This document shows, piece after piece, positions 1 to 9,502 of a stretch of DNA of 20,000 bases (positions are counted from its first letter, which is position 1; every line of letters begins with the position of its first letter). Location: IMG/VR virus record IMGVR_UViG_3300010048_000003. One strand, written 5' to 3'. The position numbers and the translations under genes were made by a program. This stretch comes from an uncultured virus (IMG/VR IMGVR_UViG_3300010048_000003). Lineage: Duplodnaviria > Heunggongvirae > Uroviricota > Caudoviricetes. A model generated the notes under the pieces. That model had not been told where the DNA came from, ran no database searches, and was given only the letters and a program-made list of their open reading frames with translations.

Positions 1-78
1 CGCATGAGGGACATGAGTGACAACGAGATACGCAAACTGATGAACAGCCCTAGCTTCCTGGAGGTGCCCGATGACTGA
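1..78 (+). CDS. 3' end of probable tail assembly chaperone (partial)
   Basis: Frame 1 is open from base 1 (RMRDMSDNEIRKLMNSPSFLEVPDD) to TGA at 76-78, overlapping the tape measure start. Function inferred from position only. Confidence 0.55.
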   Translation, partial: RMRDMSDNEIRKLMNSPSFLEVPDD

Positions 79-3000
79 TATCGTCGTAGGATCAGTTTCA
101 GTCGGCGTCGTGCCGGACGCTAGAGGCTGGGATGAGAAGATGCGGCAGCAGATTGTCGAGCCGTCTCGGGCTATAGGCGATGAAGCCGGAACGGAGATGG
201 GCAAGGCAATCACCGACAAGATGGGTAAGTCAGGAGATTCAGCAGGAGGTGCGTTCGACAAGGAATTCAAGAGGCGTATAAAGGCTGCGCTTGATTCACT
301 ACCGAAAGCGCAGCTTGACGCCGACTCGACGCAACTCGATCAGAGACTTGATGGTATACGCGTCAGGATCAAGGAGATCTATGATTCAAAACTGATAGAT
401 CCGACAAAAGCGGCTCACGAGATCGATCGTATCATGCTTGACCTGAAGAGGCTCAAGCTCGAAGCCGGCAAAGACATGCCGCTCAACATAAGCTACGACT
501 CGCAAAAGGCTTTGGACATCCTCTATAAGCTGCGCGGGATTGGGCCACAAGGCGCTACGAAGGGTGGTCTACTCTCTACCATATCAAAGGATGTATCGGG
601 TCTTGAGAATGCTGCGAACAGCCTATCGGGCGCAACCTCGGCGGGTACCGGTATCTTTGGCAGCCTTTCGAGTCTTTTTGACAGATTCACAGGGTTCTTC
701 GGCGGGGGCGGTGGCGGCGGTGGCGCTGGCGGAGTAGCCGGGGAAGTTGCCTCTGGTGGCGAGAGTGCTGGCATGGGTCTCTCAGGACTTCTCACGTCAC
801 CTGCAGCTATTACGGCTATGGTTGCTGCGGGCATCGCCGTGTTGCCGTTTATCCTACAGGCGGCTGGTAGCATAATAATTGGTACTATGGGCACCGGTAT
901 CCTTGGCCTTGGGATTATCGGCGCTCAGATGGGTGGCAAGCTTGCTAAGCCTGAAGCTCATTTCGGTGCGGATTTTTCGTCATTCCTTAAGCAGTCAGGA
1001 GCGCCCCTAGTTCCGGTTCTCACTCAAATTCTCAACTTCGCCGGTAGCTTGATGAAGACTCTGACGCCGACCTTCGTTCAGGCTATGAAGGATATTGCTC
1101 CAGCGTTCCAGCAATTTGCCGATGCCTTTATCAAGGCGCTTATGCAGCCTGGAGTTCAGAAGGCGATCATTGATGTGGCGAATGCTTTCGGGCTCATGCT
1201 ACAATCTATGACTACCGTTCTGGCTAGTAACATGGCATCCTTTGCTAAGGCAATTGATGATCTAGCGAACACGATTGCGAAAAATCCACAAGTGTTTGCT
1301 GATATGATCAACTTCCTATCAAAGGCTGTCGTTCTTGCTATTGATATCGTCAACTGGGGAGCGAAAATTGCCGGGTATATTGAGAAGCATCCATTGCTTG
1401 AGGCGATACTCAAGTGGACGCTGATTCCCGGGTATGGAGTAGTCAAGACCGGGCAGGCTGCGCAAAGTAGAGGCGGGGCTGGTGGAGCGATACCGCTGTC
1501 TGATCAATGGTTTAACAACCTAGGTTCATCTTTGTGGCATGGTTTGATGAAGGCTACGTCCACTCCTCCGGCTGGTGCGCCTGCTAAGATCTCAACTCCG
1601 TTTGTTGGTCCGGTAACTGGTGCTCGTCCAGTACTGACTCATACCTTCATAGGCCCGAGTGTACCGTCTAATGTAGCGGCTAGCGGTATTCCTGGTGGTG
1701 GAGTTCTTCACGACATACTTCATGGAGCTATGAGTTTCCTGACATCTGGGAATATTGTACAGCCTACGACTCCAGGACAACCTGGTGTACCTGCTGGGTT
1801 CGTTGGGCCGGTAGCTGCCAAGGCGCCAATACTTGGTCCGGCGGTTCCGTATCCAGGAACGAATGTAAAGCCTGGCATTAGCGTTCCTGGCGAACTTAAT
1901 AAGTGGCTTGCGCTCGGGCCAGCGGCCGGACATATTGCGAACATAGGCGTTATGATAGGTCATGGGTTCGAAACGGCCTATAACGTTGCTGTTCATGGTA
2001 TGTCTCTATTGAGCGGTAAGATAGCGTACGGCTGGAACCGATATGTGAAGCCGTTCTTTACAAAGACTATTCCACAGAACTTCCATAACTGGTTCTTTGA
2101 CGCAATACACTGGCTTGAGAAAACTGGCGAAGACCTGATTACTGGATTGTGGAATGGTGTAACCACAATCTGGAATACTGATATCGTGCCATTCTTCACC
2201 AAGACGATACCTCAGAACTTTACGAATTGGTTCTGGGATGCGATTCACTGGCTGGAGAAGACCGGCTCTGATATCATAACCGGTATGTGGAATGGCATCA
2301 AGACGGCCTGGACTACTGTTTCGAACTTCTTCACCAAGACGATACCGCAGAACTTCAGTAACTGGTTCTCGAATGCTGTGACCTGGCTTACTGGTGCCGG
2401 CAAGGATATCGTCAATGGATTGCTTGCTGGCGTATCTGACTTCTTCAAGGGTGCTAGTAGCGTCAACCAGTGGTTCCATGACAATGTCTATATGCCAATC
2501 CTCACAAGCATCAAGAGCGTGTTCGGGATTTCGTCGCCTGCGAAGAAGATGCATCCTATTGGCGCGAATCTTATCACCGGTATCATACACGGCATGATGG
2601 GCGAAGGCAAGAAGATCGGCCACTTCATCGCGCAGATCTTCGGGTCGTGGCCACATGCGATTCTATCGTATGTGTCTAAGGGCTTGCTATCTGAAAAGGG
2701 TCTCCCAAAGGCGGCCATGAATGCTATTGGCAGCGCCCTAGGATGGGGGCAGAAGGCACTGAAGGGCGGTCTCGGTGCGGCTGCTAATATTCTTGGCGGC
2801 TTCTGGAACTTCATAACCGGGAAGTCAGCTGGCAAGGTCGGCGCGGGCGTAGAGCAGTGGCGCAATACTGTGTTGAAGGCGCTTGCTATAACGCATCTCC
2901 CCTCGGCATACACAGATCTTGTTCTACGTCAGATGCAAACTGAGTCGGGCGGCGATCCGAATATCGTCAATACATGGGACTCTAATGCTAGGGCCGGTAA

Positions 3001-3406
3001 TCCGTCGCGCGGTCTTATGCAGACTACTGGCACTACGTTCGCGGCGTTCCACGTTCCCGGTACATCATGGGACATCTACGATCCGCTTGCGAATATTGCT
3101 GCTGCGCTTAACTATGCGGTACATACTCGCGGCGTCGGGATAGGCCCCGGTAGAGGACAGCTTGGCGGTGGGTCAGGGTATGACCTTGGGGGATGGCTAC
3201 CTCCGGGCGTAACGATGGCAGTGAACCGTACCGGTAAGCCAGAAGCTATATTCACCCAGGATCAGCTTGATCGTATGGGTGGTACGCAGTATCACGCTCA
3301 CTTCGACGGACTGACCGGCGCAGTTATCGAGGGTCATGTTCAGACGGCATTTAAGCTTATGGAGATGAGGAACGGCGCTCTACAAAGACAGGGGAGGCGG
3401 TCATAG
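71..3406 (+). CDS. Tail tape measure protein with C-terminal lytic transglycosylase (SLT) domain
   Basis: 1111 aa, Ala/Gly-rich; N-terminus VGSVSVGVVPD; W/F-periodic repeats; SLT motifs QMQTESGG, RGLMQ, DPLANIAAALNY (~2855-3125); SD GGAGG upstream. Confidence 0.93.
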   Translation: MTDIVVGSVSVGVVPDARGWDEKMRQQIVEPSRAIGDEAGTEMGKAITDKMGKSGDSAGGAFDKEFKRRIKAALDSLPKAQLDADSTQLDQRLDGIRVRIKEIYDSKLIDPTKAAHEIDRIMLDLKRLKLEAGKDMPLNISYDSQKALDILYKLRGIGPQGATKGGLLSTISKDVSGLENAANSLSGATSAGTGIFGSLSSLFDRFTGFFGGGGGGGGAGGVAGEVASGGESAGMGLSGLLTSPAAITAMVAAGIAVLPFILQAAGSIIIGTMGTGILGLGIIGAQMGGKLAKPEAHFGADFSSFLKQSGAPLVPVLTQILNFAGSLMKTLTPTFVQAMKDIAPAFQQFADAFIKALMQPGVQKAIIDVANAFGLMLQSMTTVLASNMASFAKAIDDLANTIAKNPQVFADMINFLSKAVVLAIDIVNWGAKIAGYIEKHPLLEAILKWTLIPGYGVVKTGQAAQSRGGAGGAIPLSDQWFNNLGSSLWHGLMKATSTPPAGAPAKISTPFVGPVTGARPVLTHTFIGPSVPSNVAASGIPGGGVLHDILHGAMSFLTSGNIVQPTTPGQPGVPAGFVGPVAAKAPILGPAVPYPGTNVKPGISVPGELNKWLALGPAAGHIANIGVMIGHGFETAYNVAVHGMSLLSGKIAYGWNRYVKPFFTKTIPQNFHNWFFDAIHWLEKTGEDLITGLWNGVTTIWNTDIVPFFTKTIPQNFTNWFWDAIHWLEKTGSDIITGMWNGIKTAWTTVSNFFTKTIPQNFSNWFSNAVTWLTGAGKDIVNGLLAGVSDFFKGASSVNQWFHDNVYMPILTSIKSVFGISSPAKKMHPIGANLITGIIHGMMGEGKKIGHFIAQIFGSWPHAILSYVSKGLLSEKGLPKAAMNAIGSALGWGQKALKGGLGAAANILGGFWNFITGKSAGKVGAGVEQWRNTVLKALAITHLPSAYTDLVLRQMQTESGGDPNIVNTWDSNARAGNPSRGLMQTTGTTFAAFHVPGTSWDIYDPLANIAAALNYAVHTRGVGIGPGRGQLGGGSGYDLGGWLPPGVTMAVNRTGKPEAIFTQDQLDRMGGTQYHAHFDGLTGAVIEGHVQTAFKLMEMRNGALQRQGRRS
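2051..2445 (+). repeat. Three tandem 45-46 aa repeats inside the tape measure gene
   Basis: FFTKTIPQNFxNWFxxAxxWLxxxGxDxxxG units start at 2051, 2189 and 2324 (spacing 138 and 135 nt). Confidence 0.9.
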
Positions 3407-4314
3407 TGTCAGTAGCTCCGGTACCGCTAAACATATCGTACGTCGATCCAGACGGGAACACCTGGAACTTCTCCGACTACACGATGGCGAATGGGTATTG
3501 CTGCTCGGCTATCTCCGGTATCGACGGCTTCCCTGTCATGATGCAAACACTTCCGATGCTTGACGGTACGGCTATTCCGATCACATATCTACCTCAGCCT
3601 GGTACTGTTGGTCTAGCCATTCTGCTAGCTCGTCCTTCATCAGACGATGAGCACGACTACTACACGCTACTTGACAATTTTGTACGTGCGTTCATATGTC
3701 GTCGTAACGAGGTACCGACTCCGGGCACGCTTATAATTCAGCGGTTCCCTCCGAACGGCCCGACTCGGCAGATCAACGTATTTACACTGACCGGACTCGA
3801 TAATCCTGATGTTGGCAAGAACAATACGATGCTGTATACGCTTGCTCTTCAAACGCCGAATCCGTTCTGGAGTGATCTTTCTGCTACTCAGGTCAATTTT
3901 TCGATGCCTGCTGCGGGTGCTGGTATTCTTCCTGAGTTGCCGGTCCAGCTTAGCAGTCCGTCTGTTTTTGGGACCAACACTGTTACGAATAATGGTACCG
4001 CGCTTGCGTGGCCTACCTGGACTATTACAGGACCGGGGACTCCAACGATAACGAATCAGACGACAGGGTTGTCATGGGCTCTGAATACCGCTGTGCCAGC
4101 CGGACAACAAGTTCAGGTTGTGACGCAACGCGGACAGCAAATGGCTGTTAATATTACGACAGGAGCTAATGTCTGGGGTCAGCTAGTCATGAATACGCCA
4201 CGTAACTTGTGGCCGCTTGTAGGCGGCCGGAACGTTATTAGCGTAACTATGCCAGGATCAACTTCGGCATCGAAGGTGAACATGAGCTACTTTAATCAAT
4301 GGAACCGAGCATGA
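3406..4314 (+). CDS. Distal tail protein (Dit)-like minor tail protein
   Basis: 302 aa directly after the tape measure; GTG start with SD GGAGG; motifs LQTPNPFW, NNGTALAWPTWTITGPG, WPLVGGRNVI. Confidence 0.8.
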   Translation: MSVAPVPLNISYVDPDGNTWNFSDYTMANGYCCSAISGIDGFPVMMQTLPMLDGTAIPITYLPQPGTVGLAILLARPSSDDEHDYYTLLDNFVRAFICRRNEVPTPGTLIIQRFPPNGPTRQINVFTLTGLDNPDVGKNNTMLYTLALQTPNPFWSDLSATQVNFSMPAAGAGILPELPVQLSSPSVFGTNTVTNNGTALAWPTWTITGPGTPTITNQTTGLSWALNTAVPAGQQVQVVTQRGQQMAVNITTGANVWGQLVMNTPRNLWPLVGGRNVISVTMPGSTSASKVNMSYFNQWNRA

Positions 4315-7300
4315 GCGTTGACCAGTTTCTCATTAACCCGGACTTTGCGGACGAGTACTTCGAGGGTGGTACTCCTGGTAATGTTATTGATACTACTCAC
4401 ACGACCTTCAACAATGTAACGAATTCTTATGCTAATGCTTATTTCAGCATTTTTGGGTATGCCGGTCAGGGCTGTAATGCTTGGGGGCAAACCTATACAT
4501 TTGGCAATGACGTCGGGATGGGCGGCTGGAATGTACTACCGTCGAGTGGGCAGGCCTACTCACAAATAGCTAATTTTCAGTCATACCCGCCGCGTAACGT
4601 TATCATTGCTAGGATGCAGACATCTGCGAGCGCAGCTATAGCTGATCTTGTTCTTCAGACTAACGGTTACCTACAGATAGTCAACAACTCTAGCGTCGGA
4701 CTAGTTACCAGCAACAAACCGGTTCCGCTGAACAAATGGGTCATGATCAACTTCACCGTCTTCCCTGATCCATCAAAGGGATACGCGAAGATTGACATAT
4801 TCTATTCACCTACCGAGGCAGTGCCTGACGACACTTCCTCTATGAACAATCTTGCGATACCAGGCGGTTCGCCGGGCAAGGCATGGTTCGGTCTTGAGAC
4901 TCGATTCGCAGTAACATGGAATGCTGAAGCCATAACGAATCTCAGTTCCTCGGTAGCAGTTGCCTCATCGCTCGCGGTATTTCAGGCGAACGGCTTTACA
5001 TATACTGATACTAATTTCGGACATAATCAGACGATACCTAATCCCGCGTCGGCTACGTTTACTTCGACGCATACGAAGTCGGTTGACTGGGGCGTTGAGC
5101 TTCACACGATTCCGTATGCCTATGGGGCATCACCTGCGCCATCGATCAATTATATCAATACTTACAACCAGTTTGCCGAGATTCCGCAGGGTGTTAATAT
5201 AGGCACTTACACTGGCGCGTCCGCTACTTCGCATACGTGTACTGTTACCGGCGGTGGTTCGCTCGCTAATTGCGGCATCTTCGTCGCCGTTGCGATGGGA
5301 GGATTCGGCGCTTCATCTGCTACTGTAACTGATAGTGCAGGGAATGTTTACACGCAGGTTGGATCACTAAATCTTGATGGCTATACTAATGTTCCGCTGC
5401 TTGTATTCCAGGCTAACCAGCCGTCAAAGGCATTGATTAGTGGAACAAGTACTGTTACGGTAACGCCGAATGCTGCAACCCCATGTAATTTCTCAATCAC
5501 TTATGTTTATAATCTGACTGCGATGGTGACGTTGCGGGATAGTGAGCATGCTACAAGTGCTTCGATATCGACTGCTACCGGAGCACTACCTTCTATCGCT
5601 CAGACTGTTTTGACTTTTATATACAGCGGTGGTGCTGGCGGAACTCCGGCATTTGGATCAAATACAACTTTTGTGAGTAATACGCAAGGACAGGGTGTTG
5701 GCCTAGTCACAGTCGGGTTCCAGACGAATACTGGTTCAGGCAGTGTCGCGACGACAGCGACCCTACCTTCCGGTTCAGCTGCATGGTGTGCCATGACGTT
5801 TAGTGCTACGACTGTAGTCGTTACCGGGCATTTCAATATTCAGCAGGCAGTTGCTAGCCGGTACGTATACATCATGGTGTGTACTTCCGGCGCGGTAAGT
5901 GGTTCACCAGTCATTGCCGATAATCACGGGAATGCGTATTCACAGATAGCATTCATTGCGCTTCCGACTGGGCAGCGCGTATTCCTGATGCAGTCGAATG
6001 CTGCTGTTACGTTCGCCATCAATGACTGGTATACTATCACATCCGGGTATGCGATTAATGGCTGGTCTGAAGTCTTTTCAATGATCGGCCTAACGGCTAC
6101 AGCTACGGTATATGATGATACCGGTACGAGTGCTACGCCTACGGTCCCGAATGTCACCATAGGGACTGGCAATCACGCAGTCCTATGGATAGGCGGTAAT
6201 GATACTGAAGCTGAGGTAGTTCCGGTTGGGTTCACCCACCTTAATCCAGGCAGCGGTTCCGGGGGAACTGGTGGATACGCGGGCGTATATGCTGGACTAG
6301 GTGTAGCGTATTATGCTGATCGTACCGGTACGATGGTAATCAATCCGGACTGGATATATGATGACTTCAATGCTGCAATAGTTTATACTGGTAATTGGGG
6401 CAACACTCAGAACGGCCAGAACTTGACACCGCCTGCGACGTGGTATGGTGGTACGCAGCACTTCTCGAATATCACGGGGAATTATGCTACGCTTAACTTC
6501 AACATGCCTATGAGCGGTAGTCTGTACGTTCAGTTCTCTGTCGATACGAACAGAGGTATAGGATCTATATCAATTGATGGCGGAACTGCTGTCCTTATTG
6601 ATACGTATTCATCAACTCTACATAATAACTTCATTGTATGGGAATCTCCAGTTCTGGCTAGAGGTAGCCATACGATAGTCATTACGGTAACCGGAACGAA
6701 GAATGCGGCTTCATCTGCTTACTATGTCGGTATTGATGCATTCTCGAATATGCCCATTGTAAGTGGGTATGGTACTATACCGTCTGGTGATTCTTCACTA
6801 GTTAATATCGTGTCGACTAATGTTGCTACATCAGGTTCATTCTCAGTTACCGATACTCAGGGCAATGCTTATACCCTCGTGATGTCAAATACGGCTCCTG
6901 GCAATGTCGTGTCGCAGTTCGTATTCGCTTGCCTGAGCCCGAAGGCGCTTGGTGCGAGCGATACAATTTCGGTTACCTGTACTACGTACTTTGAGGGGTA
7001 TGCGTCTGCGTACGGTATGCAGGGACTATACTCGCTTCTCGCTACGGCTCCTGGCGGCAGTGTTACTTCTAATACTGTTGATATGAAAGTGAGCGTTTCT
7101 AATTCGTGGGCTCCTGTACTTATATCCGCGACGGTCGCGGTTATAGGATCGGTACCGTCGCCTAATGGCCTATGGACTGCTATAGATAACTTGGCTATGT
7201 CTGGCACCCTCGCCGGAACGATATCGCAGAACCTATCGTTTAACGTGATGTCAAATGGTATGCCGACTAACTGGGGATATTATTTTGACAATTGTTCAGT

Positions 7301-8552
7301 TAAGCTTTTCACGAGCGTGCCTGCGCCACCTGATCAAACGGTATGGGTCGATGTACTTAACACCAACTTCGTTAGTCAAGGTATGATCCAGTTCGCGACT
7401 GTCACCGCGACGCTCTACTACAATGCGGTTGGAACATGGACTATCCTAGCGCCGTACTCGGACTGGTTGTGGAAAATCGCTACCGGCGGTGACTTCATCG
7501 TCAGAGTTAACTGGCGCAACATGTTTGAATTTGGTGGCAAATGTGAACAGCCAGGGTACGTCGATTCGATGCCTGGCTCGACCGGCGCGGGATCTGGGCC
7601 ATCAGGTAGTTACTCCGGTCCATTTATAATGCTGACCGGTGGTGACTATCTTCAGATACTCGCAAACCGGATATGCTATCCAGATCCTACTAGCGACTGG
7701 GCACATCAGCGTCCATCGAATAAGGATATAGTTGTCAATGTCCCGCTTGAGACAGCTATCAAGCATTATGTTTCGGTGAATGCTGGACCTGGTGCATTGT
7801 CTGCGCGTAGACATCCATCACTAGTTATCGCTACTGATCAGGGACGTGGTCCGGCTGTAAACTATAGTGTTCAGTTCACGTCGGGCGTTGATCTTGGCCT
7901 GCTCGATGTTATACGCGCGCTTATCGCGCAAGCCTACCCGACGAATGTTGCTGGAGGTATGGGGTTTAGGATTACCAGAACAGGCACCAATCTTACATTC
8001 GACGTCTTCACGCCGGTTGATAAGTCGCAGACTGCGTACTTCTCGGAACAGCTCGGGAACCTTACATCCATCAACTTCTCTTTGACAGATCCAACATGTA
8101 CTGATGCTCTTGTACAAGGTGTTAATAGGTTCGTGTCACAGACTAATTCGGCCGTCACCCCATGGACTAAGACTGAGGTGTATGTTGATGACACTTCGAA
8201 TGCGGATGCTAAGACTCTTACTACCACGGCACAAAATGAATTGTTCTCCGGTACATTCGGGCCTACCATGGGCGTAACCGCTTCCGATACGCCGTTCTGT
8301 ATTTATGGACGTGATTATGTACTAGGCGATATAGTGACTGTCGAAGTCCGTACGACTCCGACGCTCATATCGTATACTGATGTTGTTTCTAGTGTACAGC
8401 TTACTGCCGATCCTTCACAAAGTCCGATACTGAATGTTATCCCCACAATAGGGAACTCTACTGATCCAACGTCCTCGGGCAAGACCCTTACCAATCAGCT
8501 TACTGCGCGTATCAAGAAACTTGAGAAGAATATGCGGGCCAAGGGAAGATGA
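4311..8552 (+). CDS. Large minor tail/baseplate hub protein: N-terminal beta-rich/carbohydrate-binding-like modules plus C-terminal Gp37-like (ReqiPepy6-type) domain
   Basis: ATG at 4311 overlaps the Dit stop (ATGA); 1413 aa, Thr/Ser/Gly-rich; C-terminal ~400 aa contain LYYNAVGTWTI and YGRDYVLGDIVTV and end in a short coiled coil. Confidence 0.75.
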   Translation: MSVDQFLINPDFADEYFEGGTPGNVIDTTHTTFNNVTNSYANAYFSIFGYAGQGCNAWGQTYTFGNDVGMGGWNVLPSSGQAYSQIANFQSYPPRNVIIARMQTSASAAIADLVLQTNGYLQIVNNSSVGLVTSNKPVPLNKWVMINFTVFPDPSKGYAKIDIFYSPTEAVPDDTSSMNNLAIPGGSPGKAWFGLETRFAVTWNAEAITNLSSSVAVASSLAVFQANGFTYTDTNFGHNQTIPNPASATFTSTHTKSVDWGVELHTIPYAYGASPAPSINYINTYNQFAEIPQGVNIGTYTGASATSHTCTVTGGGSLANCGIFVAVAMGGFGASSATVTDSAGNVYTQVGSLNLDGYTNVPLLVFQANQPSKALISGTSTVTVTPNAATPCNFSITYVYNLTAMVTLRDSEHATSASISTATGALPSIAQTVLTFIYSGGAGGTPAFGSNTTFVSNTQGQGVGLVTVGFQTNTGSGSVATTATLPSGSAAWCAMTFSATTVVVTGHFNIQQAVASRYVYIMVCTSGAVSGSPVIADNHGNAYSQIAFIALPTGQRVFLMQSNAAVTFAINDWYTITSGYAINGWSEVFSMIGLTATATVYDDTGTSATPTVPNVTIGTGNHAVLWIGGNDTEAEVVPVGFTHLNPGSGSGGTGGYAGVYAGLGVAYYADRTGTMVINPDWIYDDFNAAIVYTGNWGNTQNGQNLTPPATWYGGTQHFSNITGNYATLNFNMPMSGSLYVQFSVDTNRGIGSISIDGGTAVLIDTYSSTLHNNFIVWESPVLARGSHTIVITVTGTKNAASSAYYVGIDAFSNMPIVSGYGTIPSGDSSLVNIVSTNVATSGSFSVTDTQGNAYTLVMSNTAPGNVVSQFVFACLSPKALGASDTISVTCTTYFEGYASAYGMQGLYSLLATAPGGSVTSNTVDMKVSVSNSWAPVLISATVAVIGSVPSPNGLWTAIDNLAMSGTLAGTISQNLSFNVMSNGMPTNWGYYFDNCSVKLFTSVPAPPDQTVWVDVLNTNFVSQGMIQFATVTATLYYNAVGTWTILAPYSDWLWKIATGGDFIVRVNWRNMFEFGGKCEQPGYVDSMPGSTGAGSGPSGSYSGPFIMLTGGDYLQILANRICYPDPTSDWAHQRPSNKDIVVNVPLETAIKHYVSVNAGPGALSARRHPSLVIATDQGRGPAVNYSVQFTSGVDLGLLDVIRALIAQAYPTNVAGGMGFRITRTGTNLTFDVFTPVDKSQTAYFSEQLGNLTSINFSLTDPTCTDALVQGVNRFVSQTNSAVTPWTKTEVYVDDTSNADAKTLTTTAQNELFSGTFGPTMGVTASDTPFCIYGRDYVLGDIVTVEVRTTPTLISYTDVVSSVQLTADPSQSPILNVIPTIGNSTDPTSSGKTLTNQLTARIKKLEKNMRAKGR

Positions 8553-8553
8553 C

Positions 8554-9495
8554 ATGAGCACATACGACGCACGGCCGAGTGCTTTCACTCAGCTGACTAC
8601 GACGGCAGAGTGGGAATACTTCATGTCTGCTGCTGGCGTCTGGGATGGCATCGACGGGCCCAACAGCTTTGTGCCGTCAATTAGCGGCACTACACTTACC
8701 ATCTCGGCCGGTTCTTGTCAGATCAAAGGACAGCTCTGGCGTGCGGATGCGAATGTGTCCTATACAATGCCGGCTACTGACCCGACGTATGACCGGATAG
8801 ACATCCTCACTCTCCAGCTTTCCCGTACCGCGTCGACATCACCGACCGTAGTATCGCCGTACATTCAACAAGGTGTCGCTGCTGCGACGCCTGTGCCTCC
8901 CGCTCTTTCTCAGACCCCGACTGGTCTATGGCAGATTCCTATTTGCCAGTATACCGCGCACCACGGCGGCACGACGTATGATACTCTCCTGGACATCAGG
9001 CAGTTCTCTGGGCGTACCGTCATCAACATGACATCGAAGTATCACCCAAGTCCGGCGAATACCTGTCTCGGAATCGAGACGGATACTGGTAACGTCTATG
9101 TCTGGTATCCTGGCAGCGCTAAGTGGGTGTTCCTAGGACCAGGCGCGAACCCGATCGATCCATGGAAGCAGGTCAACCTGATCAATGGCTGGGCGAATGC
9201 TGCAGCGCCTGCGCCGCAGGTTTCATACCATTACGGCTTGAGGAATGGCAGCCTAGAGCTTAATGGCGAGCTACGCCAGGCAGCAGCTCCGACCAATGCG
9301 ATCTTTGGCGTACTCCCAATCAACTACCGGCCGACGAGCAATCAGATGCAAGCATGTGGCGCAACGGCTGGTGTGAGCGGAGCTACTAGTCCATACGTTC
9401 AGCTTGATACAGCCGGGAACCTCTCGGTTCAGGGTGTGACTATTTCAGCGAATCCAATCATAGTTTTCAGTGTCCTGTTTGCGCTGGATTTTTAG
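8554..9495 (+). CDS. Minor tail / receptor-binding protein, paralog 1
   Basis: ATG at 8554 just after the preceding stop; anchor region with RIDILTLQL and WQIPI; C-terminal head-like domain WKQVNLINGW...IFGVLPINYRP. Confidence 0.75.
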   Translation: MSTYDARPSAFTQLTTTAEWEYFMSAAGVWDGIDGPNSFVPSISGTTLTISAGSCQIKGQLWRADANVSYTMPATDPTYDRIDILTLQLSRTASTSPTVVSPYIQQGVAAATPVPPALSQTPTGLWQIPICQYTAHHGGTTYDTLLDIRQFSGRTVINMTSKYHPSPANTCLGIETDTGNVYVWYPGSAKWVFLGPGANPIDPWKQVNLINGWANAAAPAPQVSYHYGLRNGSLELNGELRQAAAPTNAIFGVLPINYRPTSNQMQACGATAGVSGATSPYVQLDTAGNLSVQGVTISANPIIVFSVLFALDF

Positions 9496-9502
9496 GAGTG
9501 AC

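Noticed and set aside
700..735. GGC-type microsatellite (poly-Gly), also at ~11320-11345
   Set aside because: In-frame glycine linkers with mixed codons; no sign of phase variation.
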